A stretch of DNA of 63,385 nucleotides, counting the filler, from Stramenopiles sp. TOSAG23-3 (lineage: Eukaryota), in NCBI GenBank assembly GCA_900128585.1. It is 19 parts of 19 records of this genome, joined end to end, with 100 filler letters (N's around TTAATTAATTAA, not from the genome) between each part and the next. Parts side by side here need not be neighbours in the genome. Positions count along the whole stretch, not along the records: positions 10,063 to 13,311 come from LT644327.1; positions 13,412 to 16,657 come from LT644329.1; positions 16,758 to 20,002 come from LT644330.1; positions 20,103 to 23,346 come from LT644331.1; 15 more parts are not named here. One strand, written 5' to 3'. The notes beneath the pieces were generated by a model that was not told the origin of the DNA, did no database searches, and was given only the letters and a program-made list of their open reading frames with translations. Position 1 is the stretch's first letter. Each line of letters starts with the position of its first letter. This document shows positions 10,343 through 20,104 of this stretch, piece by piece. A program made the translations under genes and the position numbers.

Positions 10343-13309
10343 TTAAAACATACTTTTCGACAGTGTTGCCTTTGCAATTGCATTGCTGAACGTTTTCCTT
10401 CGGCCCCGCTTGGCATTGCGGTGTTTAGGGGCAGGATTGAAGCTTGGTAGCTCTGAAATCGAATCTTCTTCTGTGCGGGGGCTCTCCATGGTTGGGCTGC
10501 GGATTCCATTCTCTCTCGTTTCTTGCACCTTTTCGGTGTAGTTGTCGGGCGCTTCGGCCTGCTCAATTGCCTCGATCTCCGCCATCAGTCGTTCCTTCTC
10601 CAGCAGCAGCATGGAACGTTTCTTCAAACTAACATCGCTGGTACGGCGCGGCATTTCTTTTTGTTGATTGGGTTCTTGGTTTCTGCCAACAATCCTGTGC
10701 GCCTCCTCATCCTTGCCATAAAATTCCATGAAATCCATTTCGTAGGCGTCATTTTCCGCCGGGGATCCTTGAATAGGAAGCATGGCATTGTTGTTCTTCC
10801 AGTACACGCCGTACTCCTTCGATGGGGACATTGGCGAGGCCATATTTTCTTGAAAACTGTCGCCGGGATTTCTTGCCACGCCGGTAGGCACGTTCATTTG
10901 GGCGCCCGGGGAGTACTTTTCGCGTCCTCCCCCACCGGCTTCAAGATCATTAAACTCTTGCCTCAGTTCCCTCAGCCGGTTCACGTGCTGCCCAAGTCCA
11001 CTCAACGTTGCCCGCCCCGCAATTATATTGTTCATTTTGCTGATGCTGACGACTTCCCTTAAATTTGCAATGTTAGTCCGGAGCTGGGCACGCCTTTCTG
11101 CTATCTCGGCTTCGCTGCGGTGGGCCGTGATGGGCGGTACGATGGCTTCTACCTGCATCGGAGGAGGCGGCGGGGCCTGCGGTGCTACTGGGACGTGAGA
11201 TATGTCATTGGATCGGACAATCTGACGGTAGTTAGGCGATGGCATGCCGGGCGAATGAAACTTTTCTGGGGAGACTGGGGGAGACTGTATGCCGACGTCT
11301 TTCAATTCTGGGCTATTCTTCTTTTCCTCTATCAGCGCTGCCGACTTTTCTAAAATATCTTGGGCTTTCGACTTTTGTTCCCGCAGGGCGTCTCCTAGCT
11401 CAGACGACGCCTTTATCAGGTAATGCCTCTCTTGGCTCATTTTTTCTATCTCCTTTTTCAGCTTTGCGTTCTCAACAAGGTAGTCCTCTCGCCGAGACAT
11501 TTCATCTATGACTTGCCGCAGCAATGCGTTTTTCCTTTCCATCTCGCTGTATTTGTAGCGAAGGGCTTGCCACGCGTCGTCGAACGTGTTGACCGTAAAA
11601 GCTCCCTTGCCTGGACTCCCGTTTTCGGCCACGTACGCGATGGCCGTGTTGCTTTTTGCTACGGTATGGACTGCCTGGTCAATTTTGCTATAAAAATTCG
11701 GAATCAAGGCGTCTGTTTTGGCCCGTTTCTTCTCCTTCTCTACCAAATATTGAAACGGGCCAGAATCTTCTGGTTTCAGGGTTTTTGTGTACGAAGACTT
11801 GAACTCGACCAACTTTTGGTCCAGCTCCGCGGCGGACATCGGTTTGGAGAGGTACGTCGGGGAGGATTTGTACTGTTTCCCCGGCTGATTTTTTCCGAAA
11901 CGTTTCAACTCTTTCAATTTCGCTGCGGTTACACCCCCGTCAGCACTCGGGCTTAGCGGAGTAAAGATCGGGGCCGCCATGTCTACTGAGCTCTTATTGG
12001 GCCGTTTCTTTGGAACTTTGAAACTCGCCACGGTAGGGTTTATTTCCACAATTGGCCGGTCCTTATCTTCCACGGCGGGGTAGCCCTGGTCTTCTTCTGC
12101 AAGGGGAACTGCGGCCGGGACTTCCGTTGGTTCTACAGTAGCTGCATTACCGGTGGGGGCACTGTCTGCTTCACCAGTAGAGGGCTTGTCCTCCTCGACG
12201 TCGGCACCGATCGCCTCCTCGACACCTGTTTCCATCGCCTCCTCGACACCTGTTTCCCTCACCTCCTCGACGCCGACGCCGATCGTCTCCGTTTTCGACG
12301 ATGTGGCAGCTTTTTGTGCTTTTTCAAACGCCTCCTGCGCCTGGCGCGCTTCTTTTGCTGCGAGCTCAGCTTTCTGCCTGGCCTGCTCCGCTTCGAACGC
12401 ATGCTTTGCATGCTTGGCATCGGCTTCTTTCTGTTTTAACGCTTCGTCTTTAGCTTTCTTTTCGGCCGCCGCCCTCTCCGTTTCTTCTTTTAGCTTTGCA
12501 AATTTTTCCTCTTCGGCTTTCAGCGCAGCTGCTTTTTCGGCTTCTTCTTGCTCGGTCTTTTCGCGTGCTTTCTGGTCTGTCATCACACTAAAAGAGAGAA
12601 AAAGCTCACCGCCAACCTTTTTGTTTTTTTTTTCTGATCTATTACGGTCACTCTTCAGCTCGAAGGGGACATTCTGCTTTCCGTACAGTGCCTGGATATC
12701 GTCTGTGTCGATGTTTACTTGCCCCATAAAGGTATGACTGCCCACGCGATCCCAATCATACATCTCAAATCGTAGGTGGACGTGCCCGTAGTGCAAGTCA
12801 ATATCGTACACTTCGTTCCACTGGGGCTTCTTCGTGCTCTTGATAACACCCGTTTTGCCAATGCGGGTGTCGTTGGCGAATACAATAACGTAAGGGTCGG
12901 CCCAGCCGATCGTGTCGCACTTTTTAATGTTCTCCGCCCCTACAACATGTAAATGCAAAACTTGATGGGTCGTGTGCACCGACAATTGCCTCTGTAGACT
13001 TTTGATTCTTGACCCGGCCTCAAATTTTGTAGCATCTATTGAAGTAATGTCCCCGCCTTCCCCCGCTTTCCTCGTCTCGGCCTGTTCATCCAGCATAACG
13101 CTGAACGACAGAAAAATCTCGCCCTGGACGTGTTTGTTGTACTTATCCTTTTTGTCAGGGTCCGGCAACAGCTCGAACTTCATGTTGTGCTTGTCATAGT
13201 GCGCGGCGGCTTCGTTTGCGTCGATGTTGACAAGGCCCAAGAAGGTGTGCTTGCCAATTGCGTCCCAATCAAAGACTTCGAACCGCAGGTCCACGTGCCC
13301 GTAGTGGAG
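10343..13309 (-). CDS. Multi-C2-domain coiled-coil protein (5'-partial)
   Basis: Two C2 domains (LRFEVFDWDAIGKHTFLG; DTIGWADPYV ... LRFEMYDWDRVGSHTFMG) followed by coiled-coil and low-complexity sequence; open at the contig end. Confidence 0.85.
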   Translation of the reverse strand, partial: LHYGHVDLRFEVFDWDAIGKHTFLGLVNIDANEAAAHYDKHNMKFELLPDPDKKDKYNKHVQGEIFLSFSVMLDEQAETRKAGEGGDITSIDATKFEAGSRIKSLQRQLSVHTTHQVLHLHVVGAENIKKCDTIGWADPYVIVFANDTRIGKTGVIKSTKKPQWNEVYDIDLHYGHVHLRFEMYDWDRVGSHTFMGQVNIDTDDIQALYGKQNVPFELKSDRNRSEKKNKKVGGELFLSFSVMTDQKAREKTEQEEAEKAAALKAEEEKFAKLKEETERAAAEKKAKDEALKQKEADAKHAKHAFEAEQARQKAELAAKEARQAQEAFEKAQKAATSSKTETIGVGVEEVRETGVEEAMETGVEEAIGADVEEDKPSTGEADSAPTGNAATVEPTEVPAAVPLAEEDQGYPAVEDKDRPIVEINPTVASFKVPKKRPNKSSVDMAAPIFTPLSPSADGGVTAAKLKELKRFGKNQPGKQYKSSPTYLSKPMSAAELDQKLVEFKSSYTKTLKPEDSGPFQYLVEKEKKRAKTDALIPNFYSKIDQAVHTVAKSNTAIAYVAENGSPGKGAFTVNTFDDAWQALRYKYSEMERKNALLRQVIDEMSRREDYLVENAKLKKEIEKMSQERHYLIKASSELGDALREQKSKAQDILEKSAALIEEKKNSPELKDVGIQSPPVSPEKFHSPGMPSPNYRQIVRSNDISHVPVAPQAPPPPPMQVEAIVPPITAHRSEAEIAERRAQLRTNIANLREVVSISKMNNIIAGRATLSGLGQHVNRLRELRQEFNDLEAGGGGREKYSPGAQMNVPTGVARNPGDSFQENMASPMSPSKEYGVYWKNNNAMLPIQGSPAENDAYEMDFMEFYGKDEEAHRIVGRNQEPNQQKEMPRRTSDVSLKKRSMLLLEKERLMAEIEAIEQAEAPDNYTEKVQETRENGIRSPTMESPRTEEDSISELPSFNPAPKHRNAKRGRRKTFSNAIAKATLSKSMF

Positions 13310-13818
13310 ACNNNNNNNNNNNNNNNNNNNNNNNNNNNNNNNNNNNNNNNNNNNNTTAATTAATTAANNNNNNNNNNNNNNNNNNNNNNNNNNNNNNNNN
13401 NNNNNNNNNNNTGGAGAAAATGTGACTTCTTCTTCTTCTTTCTTCTTCTTTCTTCTTCTTCTTCTTCTTCTTCTTCTTCTTCTTCTTCTTCTCTTTTATA
13501 ATACTTTTTTTCTCATTATTATTATTTGGTAGTATTAATATATAGTAGTACGTAGTAATTTTACTCGCGTTTAAGAATCACAGAACACATTTGTACATTG
13601 TACATGTTTGTCATTTTTACGTTGGATCACGTTTAAAGTAACGCGGTATGTATGTATTTATATGCATATTCTTTAGACATCCAGAAATTGGTAATTGATG
13701 AAGAAGTGAATTTTCATTTTACTTCTGTAATTTAGCAATTTATAGTTCGTGTGGTTTGTATACAAGGTGTCGGTATTTTTAGAGGGGTGAAGTAGTTGCG
13801 CGGGTAGAGGGACAGCAA

Positions 13819-14907
13819 ATGCGGGGGAACGGGAAAGATAAAAGGCGTTGGGGATTTCCAGTGAGTTTGGGACTGGTAGTGTTCTTCTTTATTTCTTTTT
13901 TCTTATGGGGCATGTTTAAAGTGTACAGTCAATTGCAGACAAACGCTCACGAGCAAGTGTTGGTAGACGGCTCTCTGCAAAAGCTCCGGACTACTTTAGA
14001 TACTGACCTTTTGAAGTTCCGGTCAGAAATTTCTCAGAAAATACAAAAGCTGGAGATGCAGCTGGCACAATCTCGCGAGAGATTCGTCCCAGAACCTTCC
14101 CCAATTGTCCCACGGCCACGGCCTGGTGGGGGCGACGCCGAAGGGAAGAGACCACCCCCGCTTGCAAACTTAGTGCGAACCGGCGCGGCAGAACCCCTCC
14201 CGTGCCTTTTGACCCGCACTGCGACGAGTCCACAATTTCGCATCTGCACCTTAGACCCTAGCTTGGACAAGACTAGCAGAGTGATTCATAGTTTGGATGG
14301 AAAAATTGAGCTAACGGAGCATTGGCCATTGTCACGGCTGCTGAATAGTGCAAAAAATGGCTTGGTGGTTGATGTGGGGGCTGGGATTGGTTATATTTCG
14401 CTGCGAGCGTCTTCGCTCGGGTCGCGGGTAATCAGCGTAGAACACGACGTTGCCTTGGTCGGGCTGTTGCGCGAAAGCGTGAAATTGAATAGTGCAGAGA
14501 TAAAGAAAGGTTATTTTGGCCCCGTACGGGTCATCAGCGGGGCAGCGTCCGCGTCTGCCTCCTTCGATCGTGACGAAATCACGGTAGATGGGGTAGTGGG
14601 ATTGAAAGATGTGCACTTGCTGCACATTGCATCGCGCGGCAATGGGGAGATCGCGGTATTGAACGGCTGCACGAAAATGCTCAAAGAGAAACGGGTCCGG
14701 TATATTTTGCTGGAGCTGTGCCCCCAGAAGGCGACAAAAGCAGGCTTGAAACCTTTGAAAACGTTGCGTGAAATTCAAGGTTACGGTTACAATATTTTTG
14801 ACGACGCTACAGCAGAGGATGGGGCCCTCACTGGGCCTGAACTGGTCGTCCTTCTTCACGGGATTGGAGCCGGATGTAAGAATATTTTCATCGCGCGTGC
14901 CATGTAG
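13819..14907 (+). CDS. FkbM-like SAM-dependent methyltransferase, type II membrane protein
   Basis: N-terminal TM helix and stalk, VVDVGAGIGY SAM-binding motif, GSRVISVE, GEIAVLNG and YILLELCP. Confidence 0.8.
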   Translation: MRGNGKDKRRWGFPVSLGLVVFFFISFFLWGMFKVYSQLQTNAHEQVLVDGSLQKLRTTLDTDLLKFRSEISQKIQKLEMQLAQSRERFVPEPSPIVPRPRPGGGDAEGKRPPPLANLVRTGAAEPLPCLLTRTATSPQFRICTLDPSLDKTSRVIHSLDGKIELTEHWPLSRLLNSAKNGLVVDVGAGIGYISLRASSLGSRVISVEHDVALVGLLRESVKLNSAEIKKGYFGPVRVISGAASASASFDRDEITVDGVVGLKDVHLLHIASRGNGEIAVLNGCTKMLKEKRVRYILLELCPQKATKAGLKPLKTLREIQGYGYNIFDDATAEDGALTGPELVVLLHGIGAGCKNIFIARAM

Positions 14908-15027
14908 CACAAACCGGAGGTAGAGAGATGATCATCTTAATTTAATCAATACGATTCATATAATGCACAGTATCTTGGGGTATCAGAGTATTTCATATCA
15001 TAGGAGTACGTACGAATTATCGTAAGA

Positions 15028-15067
15028 AGTAGTAAAGAAGAGATTTGCAAATCTCTTCTTTACTACT
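15028..15067. repeat. Perfect 40-bp palindrome between convergent genes
   Basis: AGTAGTAAAGAAGAGATTTGCAAATCTCTTCTTTACTACT equals its own reverse complement. Confidence 0.95.
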
Positions 15068-15171
15068 GTAAGATCTTATCATATATGCTTATTTTAAAGC
15101 ATACTACAATAAAATATGTTTTTTTCCCATTAAAACAAGAACAAATAATCTTAGTTGTGCCGCGCGCGCTG

Positions 15172-15723
15172 CTACTTTTTCCCTAAGCCAGACTTAAAAG
15201 TTCGTTCAAACTTGGAAATGTCCTTCAGCTTCGTTTGCAGCAACACTAGCTCTACGTTCAGATTGTCCACAGTGCCGTCTGCTATAATTGATTCTAGCCC
15301 AACGCAAACTTTGCCAAAATTTTTCAGCAAAACATCTTCGTCCAACTCCTTTCCGAGAATTTTTTTCCCAAAACATATTTCACACACAACTTCTATCACC
15401 GTTTCTAACACCTCCTTCAGCCCAAGTTCGTCGCAGTCGTCCGATCCCGTTATGGAAAACAGGACGTTCCCGGCGCCCACATACACAACGTACCGTTCTC
15501 CGACCGTCGCGACCTGGTACGTCCCCGCAAACGCTTCTCTCCACGTAGGTCTCATCAGCTGAAATGTCTTTTTCCGCCAGTCAGCCATCTCACGTTGCCA
15601 CTCATCTTTATTGTTTTCCCCATGATCACCCGCAAATTCCATCGAGTCCTCCGCAGTTCGAAAGAAGCGTTCCACAAGCACCTTACCCCCCCTATCGCAA
15701 AGCAGCAAGTGATGGATAGGCAT
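15172..15723 (-). CDS. Sigma-adaptin/longin-fold small subunit, most like TSET TSPOON (plant LOLITA)
   Basis: GKVLVERF, YVVYVGAGNVLFSITGSDDCDELGLKE..VCEICFGK and FGKVCVGLESIIADGTVDN..LQTKLK parallel recalled LOLITA motifs (GNILIERF, GKDEYDELAL, YGRICLCLDEI..G). Confidence 0.7.
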   Translation of the reverse strand: MPIHHLLLCDRGGKVLVERFFRTAEDSMEFAGDHGENNKDEWQREMADWRKKTFQLMRPTWREAFAGTYQVATVGERYVVYVGAGNVLFSITGSDDCDELGLKEVLETVIEVVCEICFGKKILGKELDEDVLLKNFGKVCVGLESIIADGTVDNLNVELVLLQTKLKDISKFERTFKSGLGKK

Positions 15724-16309
15724 TTCGCTATATGTACAATACCGCAAGCACTGTTCAATATGATAAACAAGTGTCTATAAAAAACACATCAAATCGGAGG
15801 GAGAGAAAAGAGAACAAACAGTAAACATTTGGACGGGATAATCATCAACCTTTTTAATTAAAAAAAGACTCAAGTTCGAAAAAAAAGGAAGGTGTGACGA
15901 CGACGACATTTTTTTTTTGCCCCTTCTTCTTCTTCTTCTGCTGCTGTGCTGCTGTGCTGGATTGCAGAGAAAAAAAAGTCTTCTTCTTCTTCCTCTTCTT
16001 CTTCGCTCTTCGCTCGCTCTTCTTGCTTCTTCGCCGCCGCCAGCCGCCAATCATCGCCGTTAGTTGGTTGTTGTTTTTTGTGATTAAATATATAAATTAG
16101 GGCGTAACGCACAAAGACAGCTCGCATTACATGAATAATGTGGTGCGGTGTATATATTAGACGAATGGTGTATGTGAACCCAAAACAATCTGAAATTTGG
16201 TAAAAATCATAGTTGTTGAAAGGAGAAAGATGAGAATATAATTGTTTTATCTATCGTGCAGTTGTACATATTTTGTTGTTGAATCGTTTAGATCTGAAGC
16301 GATTGTTCA

Positions 16310-16657
16310 ATGTCGGTATTACGAAGCGAGTCGGCGGTTTTGTTTGCGACCGGGTGCGCTGTTGGTGCAGCTGTTATTTTTCTTTGGAATAGGGTAAAAA
16401 AGGAATCATTGGACGATAAAACGCGAGGAAACACGAACCTGGCTTCTAGTGACGTGGTCAACATGCCTGTGGGGGCAAATACGACGTATATCATTTCTAC
16501 CTCTGGAAGGCCTTCATCGATGAGAAGATACAGGCATTTGCTTCGCGACGTGCTGAAACTGGACGTGGCGTACATTCCAATCAACACAGGAGGAGGAAAA
16601 ATAGAGACCAAGGGCCAAACGAAAATTAGTGCTGTTGACTTTTGCGACGCGATAAGA
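16310..16657 (+). CDS. Shikimate dehydrogenase-like protein (3'-partial) with N-terminal TM anchor
   Basis: IISTSGRPSS...LLRDVLKLDVAYIPI ... DAIR resembles the N-terminus of SdhL-type shikimate dehydrogenases (SLSGRPSN..LGLNFIYKAF). Confidence 0.5.
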
Positions 16658-16757
16658 NNNNNNNNNNNNNNNNNNNNNNNNNNNNNNNNNNNNNNNNNNN
16701 NTTAATTAATTAANNNNNNNNNNNNNNNNNNNNNNNNNNNNNNNNNNNNNNNNNNNN

Positions 16758-16836
16758 TGATAGAATCGTCTTCTGTGAAAGGCTGGAAGGCCTCCCTTGA
16801 AAATCAGAAGAAGCAGAGAAATCGTTTGTACAGACC
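16758..16836. repeat. 79-bp inverted copy of the contig's other end (19924-20002), probable chimera
   Basis: Exact reverse complement; it joins STT3 at a GACC microhomology. Confidence 0.9.
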
Positions 16837-19433
16837 CGTGGTTCAACTACCGTGCGACGGAGTACTTGGACCAGCACGGGCTGGAGAAGTTTTTCAAGTG
16901 GTTCGATTACATGTCATGGTACCCGCTCGGGAGACCCGTGGGAACAACCATATACCCCGGCATGCAAATGACGTCAGTGTTCATTAAGAACACCCTGAAC
17001 AACATGGGGTACCCAATTAGCCTGAACGACGTATGCTGCTACGTCCCAGCCTGGTTCGGCGTATCGGCCACGTATTTTCTAGGTTTGTTGACGTACGAGT
17101 GCTCGAACAACGCAAACGCGGCAGTTGCATCTACGGCAATCATGGCAATCGTACCGGCCCACATCATGCGGTCTGTTGGCGGTGGTTACGACAACGAAAG
17201 CATCGCCATGACGGCGATGATGATGACATTCTTCCTGTGGACACGATCTCTGCGAACCAAGAATTCGTGGTGGATCGGTATTTTTGCTGGGGTTGCCTAC
17301 ATTTACATGGTGGCCGCATGGGGCGGGTTTATCTTCGTGCTGAACATGGTCGCACTGCACGCAGCAGGCTTGGTCATTGTAAACCGCTACTCCAGCAAGC
17401 TCCACCGGGCCTACTCCTTGTTTTACATCATCGGTACCGCGGGCGCGATCCAAATCCCAGTCCAAGGGTGGAAGCCACTGAAGGATATGGAGCAACTTGG
17501 CGGCCTTGCCGTCTTCTTGGCCCTGCAACTGTTGGAGGTCTGCGAATACTTCAAGCGTCAGCAAGAGAAAAAAAACAAAGAAAAGCTAAACTTTTACGAA
17601 GTGCAACTGTTGCGTATGAAGGTGTTCGGGGCGGCCGGGGCTATGGGCATCGCCGCTTTGGCCATTTTCACGCCTGCGGGGTACTTCGGACCGCTGTCGT
17701 CGCGTGTTCGTGGCTTGTTCCTCCGACACACTCGAACCGGGAATCCCCTGGTAGACTCGGTGGCAGAGCACCAGCCGGCGACGGCAGATGCGTACTTCAG
17801 GTTTCTCCATTACGTGTGCCTGTATGGTCCAATTGGATTCGCCATCGCATGCTTCAAGCGTACCGATGCGGGGTTCTTTTTGATATTCTACGCCGTGACG
17901 GCATACTACTTTTGTAACAAAATGAGTCGTCTGATTATTCTCCTGGGGCCAATTGCATCGGCATTGGGCGGGATCGCCTTATCGTTCATGTTCAATTGGT
18001 CTTTTACTCAGTTCGATGACGTTCTTAACCCGGAGAAAGAAGCCAAGGTCGAAAAGGCTGCCCCGACGGCTGCGTCGGCGACAACGGAAAAGAGCAAGGC
18101 GAAGAAAATGAAGAAGCTGCAGCGCTTGAACAAAGGCAAGACCTCGTTGTCCGACACAATTGGCCTGCAACAAGTGTACGAGGAGCAGAAGCCGATGAGA
18201 AAAGGTATGGCGATATTTTTCGTTCTCATGACCTACGTCGCAGCTCGCCAGTTTTGGCATTACTCGCATGTCATGGCCCGCAACATGTCCCACCCTTCGA
18301 TCATGTTCAAGGCCAATTTGCGGAATGGCGAAACCATCATGGTAGACGATTACCGCGAAGCCTACTGGTGGCTTCGGGACAACACCCCAGAAGACGCAAG
18401 GGTTATGGCCTGGTGGGATTACGGGTACCAAATCACCGGAATTGCAAACCGCACGACGATTGCAGACGGTAACACGTGGAATCATGAGCACATTGCCACC
18501 TTGGGAAGGTGCTTGACCTCCCCGGTAAAGCAGGCGCACCGCATCATCAAGCACATTGCAGACTACGTGCTGATTTGGACCGGTGGAGGTGGCGATGACC
18601 TTGCAAAGTCTCCGCATATGGCCCGGATCGGTAATTCCGTGTACCACGACATTTGCCCAGGTGACCCGACCTGCTCCAAGTACGGGTTCGTGGACCAGCA
18701 AGGAACGCCGACGCCGATGATGGCCAAATCGCTGCTTTACAAACTGCACGGCCACGGCCAGGTCCCTGGCGTCAGAGTAGACAAGAACAGGTTCAAAGAA
18801 GTTTTCACCTCCACGTACAACAAGGTGCGCATTTTCCAAGTAATGCACGTCTCGGAAGAGTCGAAGCGATGGATAGCAGACCCTGCCAACCGAATTTGTG
18901 ATGCTCCGGGCAGTTGGTATTGCACGGGCCAGTACCCTCCAGCCATGGACAAACTTATGGCCAAAAAGCAAGATTTTGCGCAGCTTGAAGATTTCAACGT
19001 GAAGAAAGGCAAGAAGGACGAAGAGTACCAAAAGCAGTACCACAAACGCATGAATGGCGAAGTGCAAAGTGACCGCACTTCAGATTACGACCGATCGAAG
19101 GACGACGAATACTACGAGGAGGACGATGACATCCCAGAGGATATCAACGATGAGGAGGCACCCAAGTGGAGGGACACTGCCTCAACAACACGGATGTGGA
19201 ACCTAATCCATGAGAATGATATTGAAGCCCTAAAGGCTTGGATTGAAGAAGAGCCAGAGGCCGTGCACATTCGCTCTAGCGACGGTCGTGGTCCTTTGTG
19301 GTGGGCGTACGAGCACCGCAACAAGAAGATTGTGAAATTGTTGAAAAATAATGGTGCAGACCCGAAGGCCGAGGACAAAGATGGTTTGAAACCAAAGTCC
19401 ATGATGAAAAAGAAACAGAAATCTGACTTGTAA
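16833..19433 (+). CDS. STT3: Oligosaccharyltransferase catalytic subunit STT3 (5'-partial) with C-terminal ankyrin-like repeat
   Basis: DPWFNYRAT, RSVGGGYDNE, SVAEHQP, WWDYGY, DGNTWN and DLAKSPHMARIG motifs; C-terminal DGRGPLWWAYE...IVKLLKNNGADPKAEDKDG is ankyrin-like. Confidence 0.96.
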   Translation, partial: DPWFNYRATEYLDQHGLEKFFKWFDYMSWYPLGRPVGTTIYPGMQMTSVFIKNTLNNMGYPISLNDVCCYVPAWFGVSATYFLGLLTYECSNNANAAVASTAIMAIVPAHIMRSVGGGYDNESIAMTAMMMTFFLWTRSLRTKNSWWIGIFAGVAYIYMVAAWGGFIFVLNMVALHAAGLVIVNRYSSKLHRAYSLFYIIGTAGAIQIPVQGWKPLKDMEQLGGLAVFLALQLLEVCEYFKRQQEKKNKEKLNFYEVQLLRMKVFGAAGAMGIAALAIFTPAGYFGPLSSRVRGLFLRHTRTGNPLVDSVAEHQPATADAYFRFLHYVCLYGPIGFAIACFKRTDAGFFLIFYAVTAYYFCNKMSRLIILLGPIASALGGIALSFMFNWSFTQFDDVLNPEKEAKVEKAAPTAASATTEKSKAKKMKKLQRLNKGKTSLSDTIGLQQVYEEQKPMRKGMAIFFVLMTYVAARQFWHYSHVMARNMSHPSIMFKANLRNGETIMVDDYREAYWWLRDNTPEDARVMAWWDYGYQITGIANRTTIADGNTWNHEHIATLGRCLTSPVKQAHRIIKHIADYVLIWTGGGGDDLAKSPHMARIGNSVYHDICPGDPTCSKYGFVDQQGTPTPMMAKSLLYKLHGHGQVPGVRVDKNRFKEVFTSTYNKVRIFQVMHVSEESKRWIADPANRICDAPGSWYCTGQYPPAMDKLMAKKQDFAQLEDFNVKKGKKDEEYQKQYHKRMNGEVQSDRTSDYDRSKDDEYYEEDDDIPEDINDEEAPKWRDTASTTRMWNLIHENDIEALKAWIEEEPEAVHIRSSDGRGPLWWAYEHRNKKIVKLLKNNGADPKAEDKDGLKPKSMMKKKQKSDL

Positions 19434-19646
19434 TTTACCACGTACCGTACGAGCCTTCACCATTGCTGGGAATAAGAGTGCGAAGCGCATGCATTCTGCT
19501 TTTAGTTTTTGGTTAAAAACGGTCAATTGTTTACTCCAAAGCAAAGCGGGGGAATATAACTGAAACGAGTAAGACTTACGTATCTTTTACGAAGTATAAA
19601 CTTTTAAAATACACGCCTTAGTAGTACAGATTTTTATTCTTAGATT

Positions 19647-20002
19647 TTATCGACCAGTTTGCGAAAACTTTTTCTTTCTTTTGTATGCTTGGTCAAACAA
19701 TTTGCTCATGTTCTTTTTTGGCGCGTCAAATTCCTGCTGTGGGGCTTTCACCTTTTTTTGGCGCCCTTGGTCGTACAGACTATCCCACTCATCTGGGCGG
19801 CGAGACCTCTTCAGTTCCCGATCTTCTTTCGTATGCATTTTTTGCATAGCACTATACAGCGCTACTTGGCTCTGATTCGCAGACCCTTCCCAGCTCCCAG
19901 TAGCTTTTGATGGGTCAGGCAAAGGTCTGTACAAACGATTTCTCTGCTTCTTCTGATTTTCAAGGGAGGCCTTCCAGCCTTTCACAGAAGACGATTCTAT
20001 CA
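19647..20002 (-). CDS. C-terminal fragment of a USP36/USP42-like nucleolar protein
   Basis: DEWDSLYDQGRQKKVK matches the conserved DxWDxxYDxGKxKKVK tail; open at the contig end. Confidence 0.55.
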
Positions 20003-20104
20003 NNNNNNNNNNNNNNNNNNNNNNNNNNNNNNNNNNNNNNNNNNNNTTAATTAATTAANNNNNNNNNNNNNNNNNNNNNNNNNNNNNNNNNNNNNNNNNN
20101 NNAT

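Noticed and set aside
16758-20002. 79-bp terminal inverted repeats suggesting a transposon carrying STT3
   Set aside because: The repeat is coding sequence of the neighbouring USP36-like gene and replaces the STT3 N-terminus at a GACC microhomology, which is typical of an amplification or assembly inversion chimera.
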